A stretch of 64,000 nucleotides of DNA from an uncultured Flavobacteriaceae bacterium (GTDB lineage Bacteria; Bacteroidota; Bacteroidia; Flavobacteriales; Flavobacteriaceae), in contig CAYMKR010000002.1 in NCBI GenBank assembly GCA_964390865.1, positions 840-64,839 on the forward strand. The letters are read 5' to 3'. Under the pieces are notes generated by a model. The model worked only from the letters and a program-made list of their open reading frames with translations, did no database searches and was not told the DNA's origin. Numbering within the stretch: the first letter of the stretch is position 1; every line of letters begins with the position of its first letter. A program made the translations under genes and the position numbers. Positions 8,891-18,329 of the stretch are shown piece after piece.

Positions 8891-10078
8891 ATGAAAACGA
8901 ATAGAAGATCCTTTATAAAGAAGTCGGGATATTTAAGCGTGGGTACCCTAATGGTTCCCCAGCTAATTCAAGCCTATGATATAGCGAGAAACACTGGTAA
9001 GAAGTTGGTTGTAATTCAGCTAAGCGGAGGGAATGATGGTCTTAACACTATAATTCCCTATGAAAATGACTTGTATTATAACTTGCGACCAGAGATCTCC
9101 ATTGCCAAGAATCAAGTCCTTAAGGGGAATGATTATTTGGGTTTTAACCCGGCAATGAAAGGGATCAAATCAATGTATGATGAGGGAGATTTATCCATAA
9201 TAAACAGTGTTGGTTATCCTAATCCAGATCGGTCTCATTTCAGATCAATGGATATTTGGCACACAGGTAGTGACTCGAATCAATATCTTTCACATGGCTG
9301 GTTGGGAAATTACTTCGACCATCAATGCGATGATTGTAAATCTTATCAAGCTATAGAGGTTGATGATTCGCTGAGTTTGGCGATGAAGGGCAAACGTTAT
9401 AAGGCCATTTCAACGACAAACCCTCATCAGTTGTTTAAGACGGCCAATGACGGTCAACTTAAGAAAATCCTAGAAAACAAGCATCAGGCTGCACATAGCA
9501 ATCTAGACTACCTTTACAAAACCATGACACAAACGGTAGATGCTGCGGGTTATATTCGAAATAAATATATGGGCTATAAGTCAAACGTTGAGTATCCGAA
9601 TTCGGTATTAGGCAAAAACCTGAAGCTCACTGCCAGATTGATCAATGGAGGGGCAGAGACTGAAGTATTTTATGTCTCCATGGGAGGCTTTGATACGCAT
9701 AATAATCAAATTTTGAGGCAAAAACAATTACTTACACGGTATTCTGAAGCGACTTCCGCTTTTGCAAAAGACATGAAAAAAGCTGGAAATTGGAATGATA
9801 CCTTAGTCATGACATTTTCTGAATTTGGGCGAAGGGTTGCAGAAAATGGTAGTAAAGGAACTGATCATGGAACTGCCAATAACTTATTTTTAATGGGGGG
9901 AGGGTTGAAGAATCCTGGTTTTTACAACGATGCTCCTAATCTAAAGGACCTTGATAAAGGTGATCTGAAGTATCAAATCGATTTTAGGTCGGTATACAGC
10001 ACAGTATTAAAGAATTGGTTAAGTTCAGATCCAAAAGCCATTATTGGAAGAAATCATCCTACCCTTGATATGATTTAA
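8891..10078 (+). CDS. DUF1501 family protein, Tat-exported
   Basis: NRRSFIK twin-Arg; QLSGGNDGLNT, PDRSHF, GGFDTH, FSEFGR and GTDHG motifs. Confidence 0.92.
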   Translation: MKTNRRSFIKKSGYLSVGTLMVPQLIQAYDIARNTGKKLVVIQLSGGNDGLNTIIPYENDLYYNLRPEISIAKNQVLKGNDYLGFNPAMKGIKSMYDEGDLSIINSVGYPNPDRSHFRSMDIWHTGSDSNQYLSHGWLGNYFDHQCDDCKSYQAIEVDDSLSLAMKGKRYKAISTTNPHQLFKTANDGQLKKILENKHQAAHSNLDYLYKTMTQTVDAAGYIRNKYMGYKSNVEYPNSVLGKNLKLTARLINGGAETEVFYVSMGGFDTHNNQILRQKQLLTRYSEATSAFAKDMKKAGNWNDTLVMTFSEFGRRVAENGSKGTDHGTANNLFLMGGGLKNPGFYNDAPNLKDLDKGDLKYQIDFRSVYSTVLKNWLSSDPKAIIGRNHPTLDMI

Positions 10079-10166
10079 AACACAGTGTCAATATTGGTGC
10101 TTGATAAGTGAAATGTCTGGATTTTAAGAATTTTGCTAATGGTCTTAAGGAATGAATACAGACGTA

Positions 10167-12674
10167 TTAGGCATCTATCCAAATTGGGCTGGACCAACCA
10201 ATATGTTTGTTCTTTTGCATAATTCTAATATAGTAATACAGGCCGTTTGTTCCTGGTAAAATTTCGTTATCGGTAAATGTGCCTTTAAAATATGTAGTTG
10301 ATTTGTCTACGGTTATGGTTTTAATTACTTCGCTGTTTCTAAGCACATCCACGGTGTCAATTTCATCTGTGGCGAGAATAGTGTAAGAAAGGTTAGGCTT
10401 ATCATTTGTTTTAACTGATTGACCTTGAATTACTCCATTTAACCTAAAATCGATTTCTATTTGATCACCTGTAGTGGCAAAAACCCTTCTACTTCGCATG
10501 GCTTCCAAAATTCCTTTTCTACTTATTTCTTTTACCCAAATTGAAGCCAGTCCTACCCCCATACTGTTATGATCTCCACTGGCGATAAATCCAAGTTTGT
10601 ATTTCTTGTCTCTTAAGGCATAATCAATGAATCCTTTATCATTTTTAGTTGGAACGTGACGTTCCAAATTTATCATTCTCGGTGCATTCCTGTATTCTGC
10701 ATTTCCCCGGCATTGAAATATTTCAACAATGGGCTCTATCTCTTCATCTCGGGTCTCCCAGCAGCAGGCGTGAACCTCATCAGCAGGGTGATGCGGTATG
10801 GAGATACAATCAATATTATTGTCATGAATATATTTCCAAAGACCTTCTGCATCTCGGGTTTCAGGATTTCTTACTGAGTAGACCTGATTTTTATCTCTAA
10901 TATATTTTTTAGCATCAGCTGATGAACCAAATATTATATTTCGATGTCCTGCTCCTCTTTTGATTTCGAAGGCCCGGTCATTGGATAGTGTAAATTCAAC
11001 AGAAGGAAAAGCTACAAAATAGGAGGGATCGTTATAGAATTCGGCAATTCTCAAATGTTTCCTCCAATATACCTCGGTTTGAGAATAGGCGTGATCAGTG
11101 ATTCCTATGAAATCATAACCTTCTGAAAACATTCCATATCGATAATCGTCATGAAGGGTTCCATCTGTGCCAGCTGGCCAGCAACTGGATATTTCGGAAT
11201 GCTCATGAAGGTTGCCTATGAGCAAAGTATACACTTCCCCATTATGAGATATGGTTGACCTTTTGGATTTTGGTCGACCACTTAATAAAGGCGTAAATCC
11301 TTTTACCGGATGATGTTCTTCAACGATGGTTGGAATCATCAAAAGTCTATTTTTAGTTTCGCTGATCTCAGGAGCCGAAAATTGATTCATTTCTAGCATC
11401 CCGCGTCGAATAACATCTTTTCTGTTAGCGTGTTCATTGGGATGATCATAATCACGGTCATGAAAGTTTTCACTTTTCCAGCCTAACCAAAAAGATTTAT
11501 TATCCTGGTCAAAAATAATGGTAGGCTTGATCGATTCACCTTTTTGTTTGGTTTCTAGAATAGTTTCTGGTTTGGACCATCCTGATGCAGGGTTCAAATA
11601 GGAAATTCTGAATTTCCAGTACGGATTTCCGACAAAATCACCCCCACAATGGGTCACTAGATAAAGGTGATCGTCTAAATCTTTTTTAAATGTTGGCCAA
11701 TGATCATTCATACCTTGAAAGAGCCATTTGCCGGTTTCTTTCTGTTCGAGTAATTCACCATTGGAATAGCAGATTATGGCACAACATCGATCTCCTGTAT
11801 AATTATCACTATCCTGAAGGCGATGTGCAAAACGATTGTTTTCATACGAAATCCAAAGTTTACCTGTTTTGTCAAAGCAAAGACTTGGTTTGACATTGAT
11901 ATTGACCCTGTCTTCAAACCCTCCTCCGATTGCAATCGGAACTTTTTTTAATTCTATAAGATCGGGACTGAAAATTTTCATTTCAATATTTCTATGAGGC
12001 CCATCAGTGATATCGTAAGCAACAAAAATATTACCATGTGTATCTTGCTCAAGTGACGGGTCGAAACAGCTTTGAGTTTTGTCTGTAACTAATACAGGTG
12101 TTGACCATTTTTTATGCTCATACTTTGACGTGTAAATACAAAACATACCTTCTTCAAAGCTTTCCCAAGCCAATAGATATGAACTTGAAGAAACAGCCTT
12201 AATAACAGGATTTATTGATCTTTTTGAAGGATCACTTATTTCAATAGGAGCAGTGAAATTACCATTCTTTTCGATGCTTACATTAATGACCCATTGTTCA
12301 TCATTGATTGCAGCCCAAGCAATTGCCGGATTTCCGTCTTTATGACAATCCGCACTGATAGTTTCATAAGAGCCTGGTTTACCAGTAACAGGGTTTTGCT
12401 CTATCCAAGTGCCATTTTCCAATTTGAATAATGAAATTACCTCCTTGTCTGAAGGATACTCCATCCTCCTTAAAGTAGTGAGGTAGGCGTTGTTTTTATT
12501 TTGGAATAAAATAGGGGTTTCATCTTGTTCGTCATCAAAATCTGTCAATTGCAAACTCAGTAACATTTTAAATGGATTCTGACTGTTTTTGGCTGAGGCA
12601 TATGCAATCCCAGGCACCATAAAGGTTGATGCCGAGAGGAGCATGCTGTTTCTAATGAATTCTCTTCTTTCCAT
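10167..12674 (-). CDS. Tat-exported PHP-like metallohydrolase (DUF3604/CehA-McbA-like) with N-terminal propeller-like region
   Basis: MERREFI twin-Arg; GNLHEHS, ITDH, IPHHP and ASGDH metal-ligand motifs; YYYIRI..WSSPIW terminus. Confidence 0.75.
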   Translation of the reverse strand: MERREFIRNSMLLSASTFMVPGIAYASAKNSQNPFKMLLSLQLTDFDDEQDETPILFQNKNNAYLTTLRRMEYPSDKEVISLFKLENGTWIEQNPVTGKPGSYETISADCHKDGNPAIAWAAINDEQWVINVSIEKNGNFTAPIEISDPSKRSINPVIKAVSSSSYLLAWESFEEGMFCIYTSKYEHKKWSTPVLVTDKTQSCFDPSLEQDTHGNIFVAYDITDGPHRNIEMKIFSPDLIELKKVPIAIGGGFEDRVNINVKPSLCFDKTGKLWISYENNRFAHRLQDSDNYTGDRCCAIICYSNGELLEQKETGKWLFQGMNDHWPTFKKDLDDHLYLVTHCGGDFVGNPYWKFRISYLNPASGWSKPETILETKQKGESIKPTIIFDQDNKSFWLGWKSENFHDRDYDHPNEHANRKDVIRRGMLEMNQFSAPEISETKNRLLMIPTIVEEHHPVKGFTPLLSGRPKSKRSTISHNGEVYTLLIGNLHEHSEISSCWPAGTDGTLHDDYRYGMFSEGYDFIGITDHAYSQTEVYWRKHLRIAEFYNDPSYFVAFPSVEFTLSNDRAFEIKRGAGHRNIIFGSSADAKKYIRDKNQVYSVRNPETRDAEGLWKYIHDNNIDCISIPHHPADEVHACCWETRDEEIEPIVEIFQCRGNAEYRNAPRMINLERHVPTKNDKGFIDYALRDKKYKLGFIASGDHNSMGVGLASIWVKEISRKGILEAMRSRRVFATTGDQIEIDFRLNGVIQGQSVKTNDKPNLSYTILATDEIDTVDVLRNSEVIKTITVDKSTTYFKGTFTDNEILPGTNGLYYYIRIMQKNKHIGWSSPIWIDA

Positions 12675-12734
12675 ATAATTTTCTTCAAATGTGATTAAAC
12701 CAGTTTCATTCTTCCGGTTTGAATTTATTTTAAC

Positions 12735-12893
12735 TTAGTCTTCGGTTATAAAAACTGAGGCGGGGAGTCTGTCATTATGATACAAATTTACACTTTTAGG
12801 ATTATCAGACCAGGCATATCGAACTGCTGCTGGTTTTGAAATATCTGGATGCGATACGACAATCTTTTTTTCAGTGGTAATTATTTGTTTCAT
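12735..12893 (-). pseudogene. 52-codon remnant of the C-terminus of a sialate O-acetylesterase-like gene
   Basis: Hand translation gives MKQIITTEKKIVVSHPDISKPAAVRYAWSDNPKSVNLYHNDRLPASVFITED*, matching the typical AVRYAWxDNP..NLYN..GLPASPF.T terminus. Confidence 0.75.
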
Positions 12894-12913
12894 AATCTTT
12901 ATTGTTTTATCAA

Positions 12914-15900
12914 TTATTCAATGAGCACTTTTTTTGTAAACGCCATGCCATCAATTTTAATTCTCATAAAATAGATCCCTGAATTTAAATTGTCTGCAGG
13001 GACCTCAAGACTGTGGGTCCCGGGATTTAATTCCCTTCTATTCATACCTTGTGAAACTATTTGTCCACTACTATTCATAAGTGTAATGCTTACTGTTGCT
13101 GAATTAGATAATGTAAACTTGATATAAAATTCTGTATCTGCAGGATTTGGAAAAAGGTTAAACGATCTTTCAACTACTATATCTTCTATTGATAAAGTAT
13201 TTTCACCCAAAAGTTGAATGGCATCTACACGAGTTGTTACACTTCCTGACTTAAATCTGTAAATTCTAAACCAATTGATTGCGCTTAAATCGGGATTCCC
13301 ATTTTTATTTGCAGTACTGGTATTTAACTGTATAAAATTCCATCCTGCGTTTAAATCATTTATATTCCAACTGTACTCATCCGTATCCGGCCCTCCCGAA
13401 CTGCTTATTTCTACTTGGTTCGTAGATTCGAACTTAGATGGATCGGAAACATAATACCAGAATTGCAATGCAGTACCAAATTCGGTTCCCTTAGCATTGT
13501 AAGGTGTTGTAAACACCTTTTTAAATTCATCGTTGGAGCTGCCATCAAATTCAATACAATTAGTACCTTCTTTGTTCTCAGTACCGTTTAATGACAAACT
13601 TGAAGATGACTGCCAATCATTTAAATTATCACAGTCATCAAAATATAATCCTAAAGCTTTATAAGTAGCCGTTATCGCCATATCGCCAATTGCAGTTATT
13701 ACAGTTGTATTCGAGGCGTATGTTTTAGTAAGTATTGGATTTCCAGAATCTACCACCCATTCTTTAAACATAAAACCATCTAGAGCCTGATCTGCAGAAA
13801 TTTCTACCGTTGTGTTTTCTATGTAGTTACCATCGCCAGTTCCATTATTCACAATCAATTCGTATTTAGGTACGCTGGCATTATAGTCTAAAATTTGTAT
13901 TTCATCAATTCTTGTTATGATCGAACCCGATTTACTGTAATACAAGCGAAACCAATTGATTGCATTTATACTTGGTGATCCTACTTTTGTTGCCTCACTT
14001 ATTTTTAAGGATATAAGATTCCAACCAGTTGATAAATTTTTTAAACTCCAATTGTATTCATTTTGATCATTAGTTCCACTACTGCCAATCTCAACTTGAT
14101 TTGACGACCCTAACTTTGAGGCATCCGATAAATAATACCAGAACTGTAATACCGCATCATTTTCTGAAATACCAGAATTATAGGGCGTAGAAAATACTTT
14201 TTGAAATTCGTTTGCGCTACTTCCATTATATTGAATACAATTATCTCCTTGTTTTTTATCTATACTATTTAGACTAAGGCTACCTGAAGAGTTCCATGCC
14301 GTTAAGGCATCACAATCGTCAAGAAAAAATGAAGTGCTACCAACATTTATCAATCCGCTTTTTGTTTTCTCACCAAAAAACGCATTTCCTTCCTGTATCA
14401 TTTTCCATTGGATTCGATATATATTTTTATCTGCAGGAGCCGTAATGTTGAAATTGAAGATCTTGCTTTGACCAGGGTCAATAGTTTCACCGGTTTCTAG
14501 TTCTACACGGTTTGTTCCCCAAGTCATATTATCTTCTGGGTCTAAACTTCCTAATTTATAACCTTCTGCTTTGGTCCAAATTGTTGTACCCGTATTTTTC
14601 ATCGTAATACTAACCGAAATAGTTTCTTCAGGAGCCATTTGAGTAGGGAATTCTTGAAATTCAAATATTGAGCTATTTGGATATGGGCTAATTGGAATGG
14701 TTGCAGTTAACCCTATTTCACCTCGTATCATTTTTGACGCTTCACCTGTTAATCGTAAGTACCAATCACTTGGTAAATCCTGACCGTCAGCATCCAAGGT
14801 GACAAATTCACCTGTCGTTGGGGTCTGGTTTGCGTTTTCGGCAATTTTGAATATTGCAGTTCCCTCATCAACCTCATCATACATTGCGACATAAACCATT
14901 TTACAACCGGCGTCAATGGCATTGTACATTTGATGCCATAAAAAATCACCACCATTGCGTGGGATAGCATTCAAAACAGAATCTTCACCTTTAAGATTCT
15001 TCCAAGAAAACCCTGGAAAAACTACAGGCATATACTCCATATCCCGACTTGCTGTATCATCTAAATCAGCCTGAAAATATGTATTCCTATAGGTGTCAGC
15101 GCTATTGTTGTCACGATACCTCCCAGGGGCCCACGGGCTTATAACTTCAAAAGCATCATATACTGACTGCCAGTCACTTGAGTCTTGTCTCCAACTGTTG
15201 CCAACTCCAGCTTTTAAGGTTGCCCTATATTTTTCGGGAGCTTCTACAGTAAGCCATTTTACCAATTCTGCCCAATGTGCAGCAGTAAGTATACCTTCAC
15301 TACCACCTACATTAACTCCCCACAATGAAAGTAATGGACGGCCCTCGTGATGTAAATAATTAGGACTCTCAAGAATTTTCAGATCATCAACCAAATGTTT
15401 CCAGTCTTCAATTACATCTTGGACAAAAGTTTCAGGTTTCCCGCCTGACATATCATACATATTTGCAAAAACACGACCATGAGCTTCTGCACCTAAGCGA
15501 ACATTTTGCAGAACTTGATCTCTTTGATCTCTTCTAGCTTTTGCAGAACTTATAAAACGCTGTACAAAAACACCATCAATACCATAATCTTTCATCCATT
15601 TTACATGACGATCAACGGTTTTGATTGTGTATGCACTATAGAGTGGAGCATTTGAACCATCTTCATATACAAAATCAGTCGCAAACAATTCATCTGTGTC
15701 AAACTCTCTTAAATCTGGCCACATGTCAATTGTAATATTTTCAGCATTAGGCACTTGTTTTCCAGAAGACCAATGAATCCATCCATACTCATTACCATCA
15801 TCTGGTGCATTGAACCAGCCTTGATAACCTGCCATGATTTTGTTATTTAGCGTGGTGGCATCTACTACCTGTGATTCCCCATCTACAATAGCAAAAAGCA

Positions 15901-15928
15901 ATATAAATCCCATTAATAGTTTTCTCAT
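12914..15928 (-). CDS. T9SS-secreted GH71/99-like glycoside hydrolase with NBR1-Ig-like, duplicated CBM-like and InlB-B-like domains
   Basis: MAGYQGWF, WMKDYGIDGVFVQRF and YVAMYDEVDEGTAI (ExxE) motifs; MKNTGTTIW Ig domain; LFPNPA...SGIYF...TKKVLI T9SS CTD. Confidence 0.85.
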   Translation of the reverse strand: MRKLLMGFILLFAIVDGESQVVDATTLNNKIMAGYQGWFNAPDDGNEYGWIHWSSGKQVPNAENITIDMWPDLREFDTDELFATDFVYEDGSNAPLYSAYTIKTVDRHVKWMKDYGIDGVFVQRFISSAKARRDQRDQVLQNVRLGAEAHGRVFANMYDMSGGKPETFVQDVIEDWKHLVDDLKILESPNYLHHEGRPLLSLWGVNVGGSEGILTAAHWAELVKWLTVEAPEKYRATLKAGVGNSWRQDSSDWQSVYDAFEVISPWAPGRYRDNNSADTYRNTYFQADLDDTASRDMEYMPVVFPGFSWKNLKGEDSVLNAIPRNGGDFLWHQMYNAIDAGCKMVYVAMYDEVDEGTAIFKIAENANQTPTTGEFVTLDADGQDLPSDWYLRLTGEASKMIRGEIGLTATIPISPYPNSSIFEFQEFPTQMAPEETISVSITMKNTGTTIWTKAEGYKLGSLDPEDNMTWGTNRVELETGETIDPGQSKIFNFNITAPADKNIYRIQWKMIQEGNAFFGEKTKSGLINVGSTSFFLDDCDALTAWNSSGSLSLNSIDKKQGDNCIQYNGSSANEFQKVFSTPYNSGISENDAVLQFWYYLSDASKLGSSNQVEIGSSGTNDQNEYNWSLKNLSTGWNLISLKISEATKVGSPSINAINWFRLYYSKSGSIITRIDEIQILDYNASVPKYELIVNNGTGDGNYIENTTVEISADQALDGFMFKEWVVDSGNPILTKTYASNTTVITAIGDMAITATYKALGLYFDDCDNLNDWQSSSSLSLNGTENKEGTNCIEFDGSSNDEFKKVFTTPYNAKGTEFGTALQFWYYVSDPSKFESTNQVEISSSGGPDTDEYSWNINDLNAGWNFIQLNTSTANKNGNPDLSAINWFRIYRFKSGSVTTRVDAIQLLGENTLSIEDIVVERSFNLFPNPADTEFYIKFTLSNSATVSITLMNSSGQIVSQGMNRRELNPGTHSLEVPADNLNSGIYFMRIKIDGMAFTKKVLIE
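13209..14330 (-). repeat. Intragenic duplication of a ~145-aa CBM-like domain (about 13890-14330 and 13209-13650)
   Basis: Both copies carry DDCD.L..W.SS.SLSLN, NCI...GSS..EF.KVF.TPYN, LQFWYY.SD.SK..S.NQVEI.SSG and AINWFR.Y..KSGS..TR.D.IQ.L. Confidence 0.9.
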
Positions 15929-15962
15929 ACTTTAATATTTAACTTCTACTTGTTATAAACAA

Positions 15963-16115
15963 TTAATTTGAAGTAGAAACTGATTTTCCAGAGTTCACTG
16001 TTATAATTTAATTGGAGTCAGCATTATACTAACTAATAAAACCCTCCTCTGGGACTACAATCACTATCGTGACATTACAAGAGTAAATAGGAATTATTAT
16101 GTTGTTGTGTTTCAT
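15963..16115 (-). pseudogene. Possible eroded 5' fragment of a secreted LamG-like protein gene
   Basis: Translation MKHNNIIIPIYSCNVTIVIVVPEEGFIS*YNADSN*IITVNSGKSVSTSN* resembles P..GL..WY.AD......G..VS.W if TAG was TGG. Confidence 0.25.
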
Positions 16116-16134
16116 AGAATCTTGAGAAGGTTTT

Positions 16135-17445
16135 TTATTTACTATTTCCGTATGATTCAAATAGTATTATTGCATCGTATAATACTCCTGCAGATCCTCG
16201 AAATGTACCTGATCCTTTCGGTTTATTATCAACCGTGTACCATTCATAAAATCCATCATTGTCCTTGACTCGTTTTACCATGGGCTGAATTTGATCATAA
16301 GCTTCTTCAACAAATCCATTTTTGATAAGTTGCTGTATCATTCGCCCACCAAACCAGGTCCAATCGCCTCCATTTTGATATCCGTAAACAGACATGCTTT
16401 TGTTTTTGAAGGATCCTTCTGGATAAGTCGGATAAATTGTAAGACCAATAGAACCAGCGCCAGATGCTTTTACATTAGCAATCATTTTATCTAAAGAGAT
16501 TTTTATCTCCTCTTTAGAAAGAAGGTTAGCCTCAATGGCAACGGCCGTTCCTCCATGATTAAAAATTTCTCCTTCATTAAAATCTTTGGGAAATGGTGAG
16601 CCATTCAAATAGACATGCGGAATGAATTTTTGATTCTCTTGGTCCCATAAATATTTACGTGTATTTTTTGCAATTTGACTTCGAATTGGCTCCCATTTTG
16701 CTTTTTTACTCGGAATAAGTTCCATTAAATTATCTAATGCAATTAAAAACATTGCATTGTCATAAATGTCTAAGGCATAATGCGTGTCTTCCGTAAGAAA
16801 AACTCCCCATTCATGTTCTGGTTGAACGTCACCCCAATCTGCGGTTGTTGCTCCCCAAATAAGACCATGTTTTTTATCGAATCTGTGATTCATTAAAAAT
16901 TCCATAGCCCATTCAAGTCTATCTCCAACAGACTTGTCGCCAATCATTTCATTTAATATTTCACTATCTCCAGTGGCCTTTACATATTTGTACATAGCCT
17001 GAACCAACGACGTTTCTTGATCAGTTTCAACCGTATTTTTATGACCCGCAAAACGAGGTTCTAAGTCAGAATATATAAATTGGTATCGACTCTCTCTATT
17101 TTTATCTATCGGACTAAAACCATCTATAATATTTCCATCATCTCCTTGCAATTTGAAAAATACTAGTAGATTTTCTTTTAGCACTGAAGGCTCAAAAACT
17201 TCAGCAGAAATTCCAACAAAGGTGTTAAAATCCCGAATCCATACTTCAGTGTAATGACCCCCTGCATTGAACCCAGTTCCCATAACATTTAAAGCCTTTT
17301 CTTTTGTGAATTTAAAATATTCGTTTGATTGAATTTTAGAAATTAACTCATCATTTTGTTTGGGCTGTTTGCTGTTACAACATGCAACTATGAATAGAAT
17401 ACTTAGAATGCTAATTTTTTTAATCACGTCGTTTAATTTTATCAA
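16135..17445 (-). CDS. Lipoprotein, six-hairpin (alpha/alpha)6 glycosidase (amylo-alpha-1,6-glucosidase C-domain-like), family unassigned
   Basis: IVAC lipobox; EVWIRD, YQNGGDWTW and GFYEWY motifs as in GH63/100/133-like barrels. Confidence 0.7.
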   Translation of the reverse strand: MIKLNDVIKKISILSILFIVACCNSKQPKQNDELISKIQSNEYFKFTKEKALNVMGTGFNAGGHYTEVWIRDFNTFVGISAEVFEPSVLKENLLVFFKLQGDDGNIIDGFSPIDKNRESRYQFIYSDLEPRFAGHKNTVETDQETSLVQAMYKYVKATGDSEILNEMIGDKSVGDRLEWAMEFLMNHRFDKKHGLIWGATTADWGDVQPEHEWGVFLTEDTHYALDIYDNAMFLIALDNLMELIPSKKAKWEPIRSQIAKNTRKYLWDQENQKFIPHVYLNGSPFPKDFNEGEIFNHGGTAVAIEANLLSKEEIKISLDKMIANVKASGAGSIGLTIYPTYPEGSFKNKSMSVYGYQNGGDWTWFGGRMIQQLIKNGFVEEAYDQIQPMVKRVKDNDGFYEWYTVDNKPKGSGTFRGSAGVLYDAIILFESYGNSK

Positions 17446-17452
17446 TTATAAT

Positions 17453-18304
17453 TTATTTAGATTGTAAATACATCCAATTGTGTAATTTGGAATTATTGTA
17501 CCAAGGTTCCCAAGGACCGTGATTACCTTCTGGTGATTCTGTATACAAATGAATTGCCTTTTCCTGAAGTTTTCGATTCAATTTTGTTTCAGAAATACCC
17601 TGCGTTTCAACTACTTTTATTCCAAAGTTCTCCATGGCTTCTACCATGCTTTTTGAGCCTTTAACCGGAACGGTTAAATCATTCGTATTGTGAAAACTCC
17701 AGATTGGTAAATCTTTAAAAAGTATAACTTTAGTTGGGTCTCCAGCTCCGCTCATCGGAATAGCAGCAGCAAATCTATCAGGATATCGAGTAATAATATC
17801 CCAAGTTGCATATCCTCCCATGGAAAGTCCAGTAACATATTGTCGATTTTCATCTATATTGAATTTATTCAAAAGTGTATCCAATAAATTAAGAACTGTT
17901 AGCATTTCTTTTCCAACAGGAATAGTATCAATACTATAAGGTCCTTTTCCCCAATCAACATACGACCATTTCTTTTTTTTAGGGCATTGTGGCGCAACAA
18001 TAATACTGGGATATTTTTTCTGTAAGTTTGGATTTGCCCAAGAGATAGCTAAACTGTGTTTACTAATAGGAATCTCATTGTCAGTTCCTCTTTCACCAGC
18101 GCCATGTAAACATAGTACCAAAGGGTATGATTTACTCGAATCATAATCCTTAGGAACAAAAATGCGATATGGAAGCGTAGTTTCTTTATACGTATGAGAA
18201 CGTTTTTCAAAATTTTGAGCTATGGAATTTTCGCTTTGGGCTTGAACAAAAATGACTGAACAAAAATATAAAAAGATAAAGGTTTTGATTCTGAATGATT
18301 TCAT
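17453..18304 (-). CDS. Secreted alpha/beta hydrolase (carboxylesterase/phospholipase-like, possible carbohydrate esterase)
   Basis: YPLVLCLHGAGERG, GLSMGG nucleophile elbow, D in HNTNDLTVP and H in GNHGPW. Confidence 0.85.
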   Translation of the reverse strand: MKSFRIKTFIFLYFCSVIFVQAQSENSIAQNFEKRSHTYKETTLPYRIFVPKDYDSSKSYPLVLCLHGAGERGTDNEIPISKHSLAISWANPNLQKKYPSIIVAPQCPKKKKWSYVDWGKGPYSIDTIPVGKEMLTVLNLLDTLLNKFNIDENRQYVTGLSMGGYATWDIITRYPDRFAAAIPMSGAGDPTKVILFKDLPIWSFHNTNDLTVPVKGSKSMVEAMENFGIKVVETQGISETKLNRKLQEKAIHLYTESPEGNHGPWEPWYNNSKLHNWMYLQSK

Positions 18305-18329
18305 TGTTTAACTATCTTATTTGCAAATT

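Noticed and set aside
12783-12790. TAAATTTG -7-like box on the minus strand
   Set aside because: It falls inside the esterase remnant (codons V-N-L) and lacks the ATTAA repeats, so it is probably coincidental.
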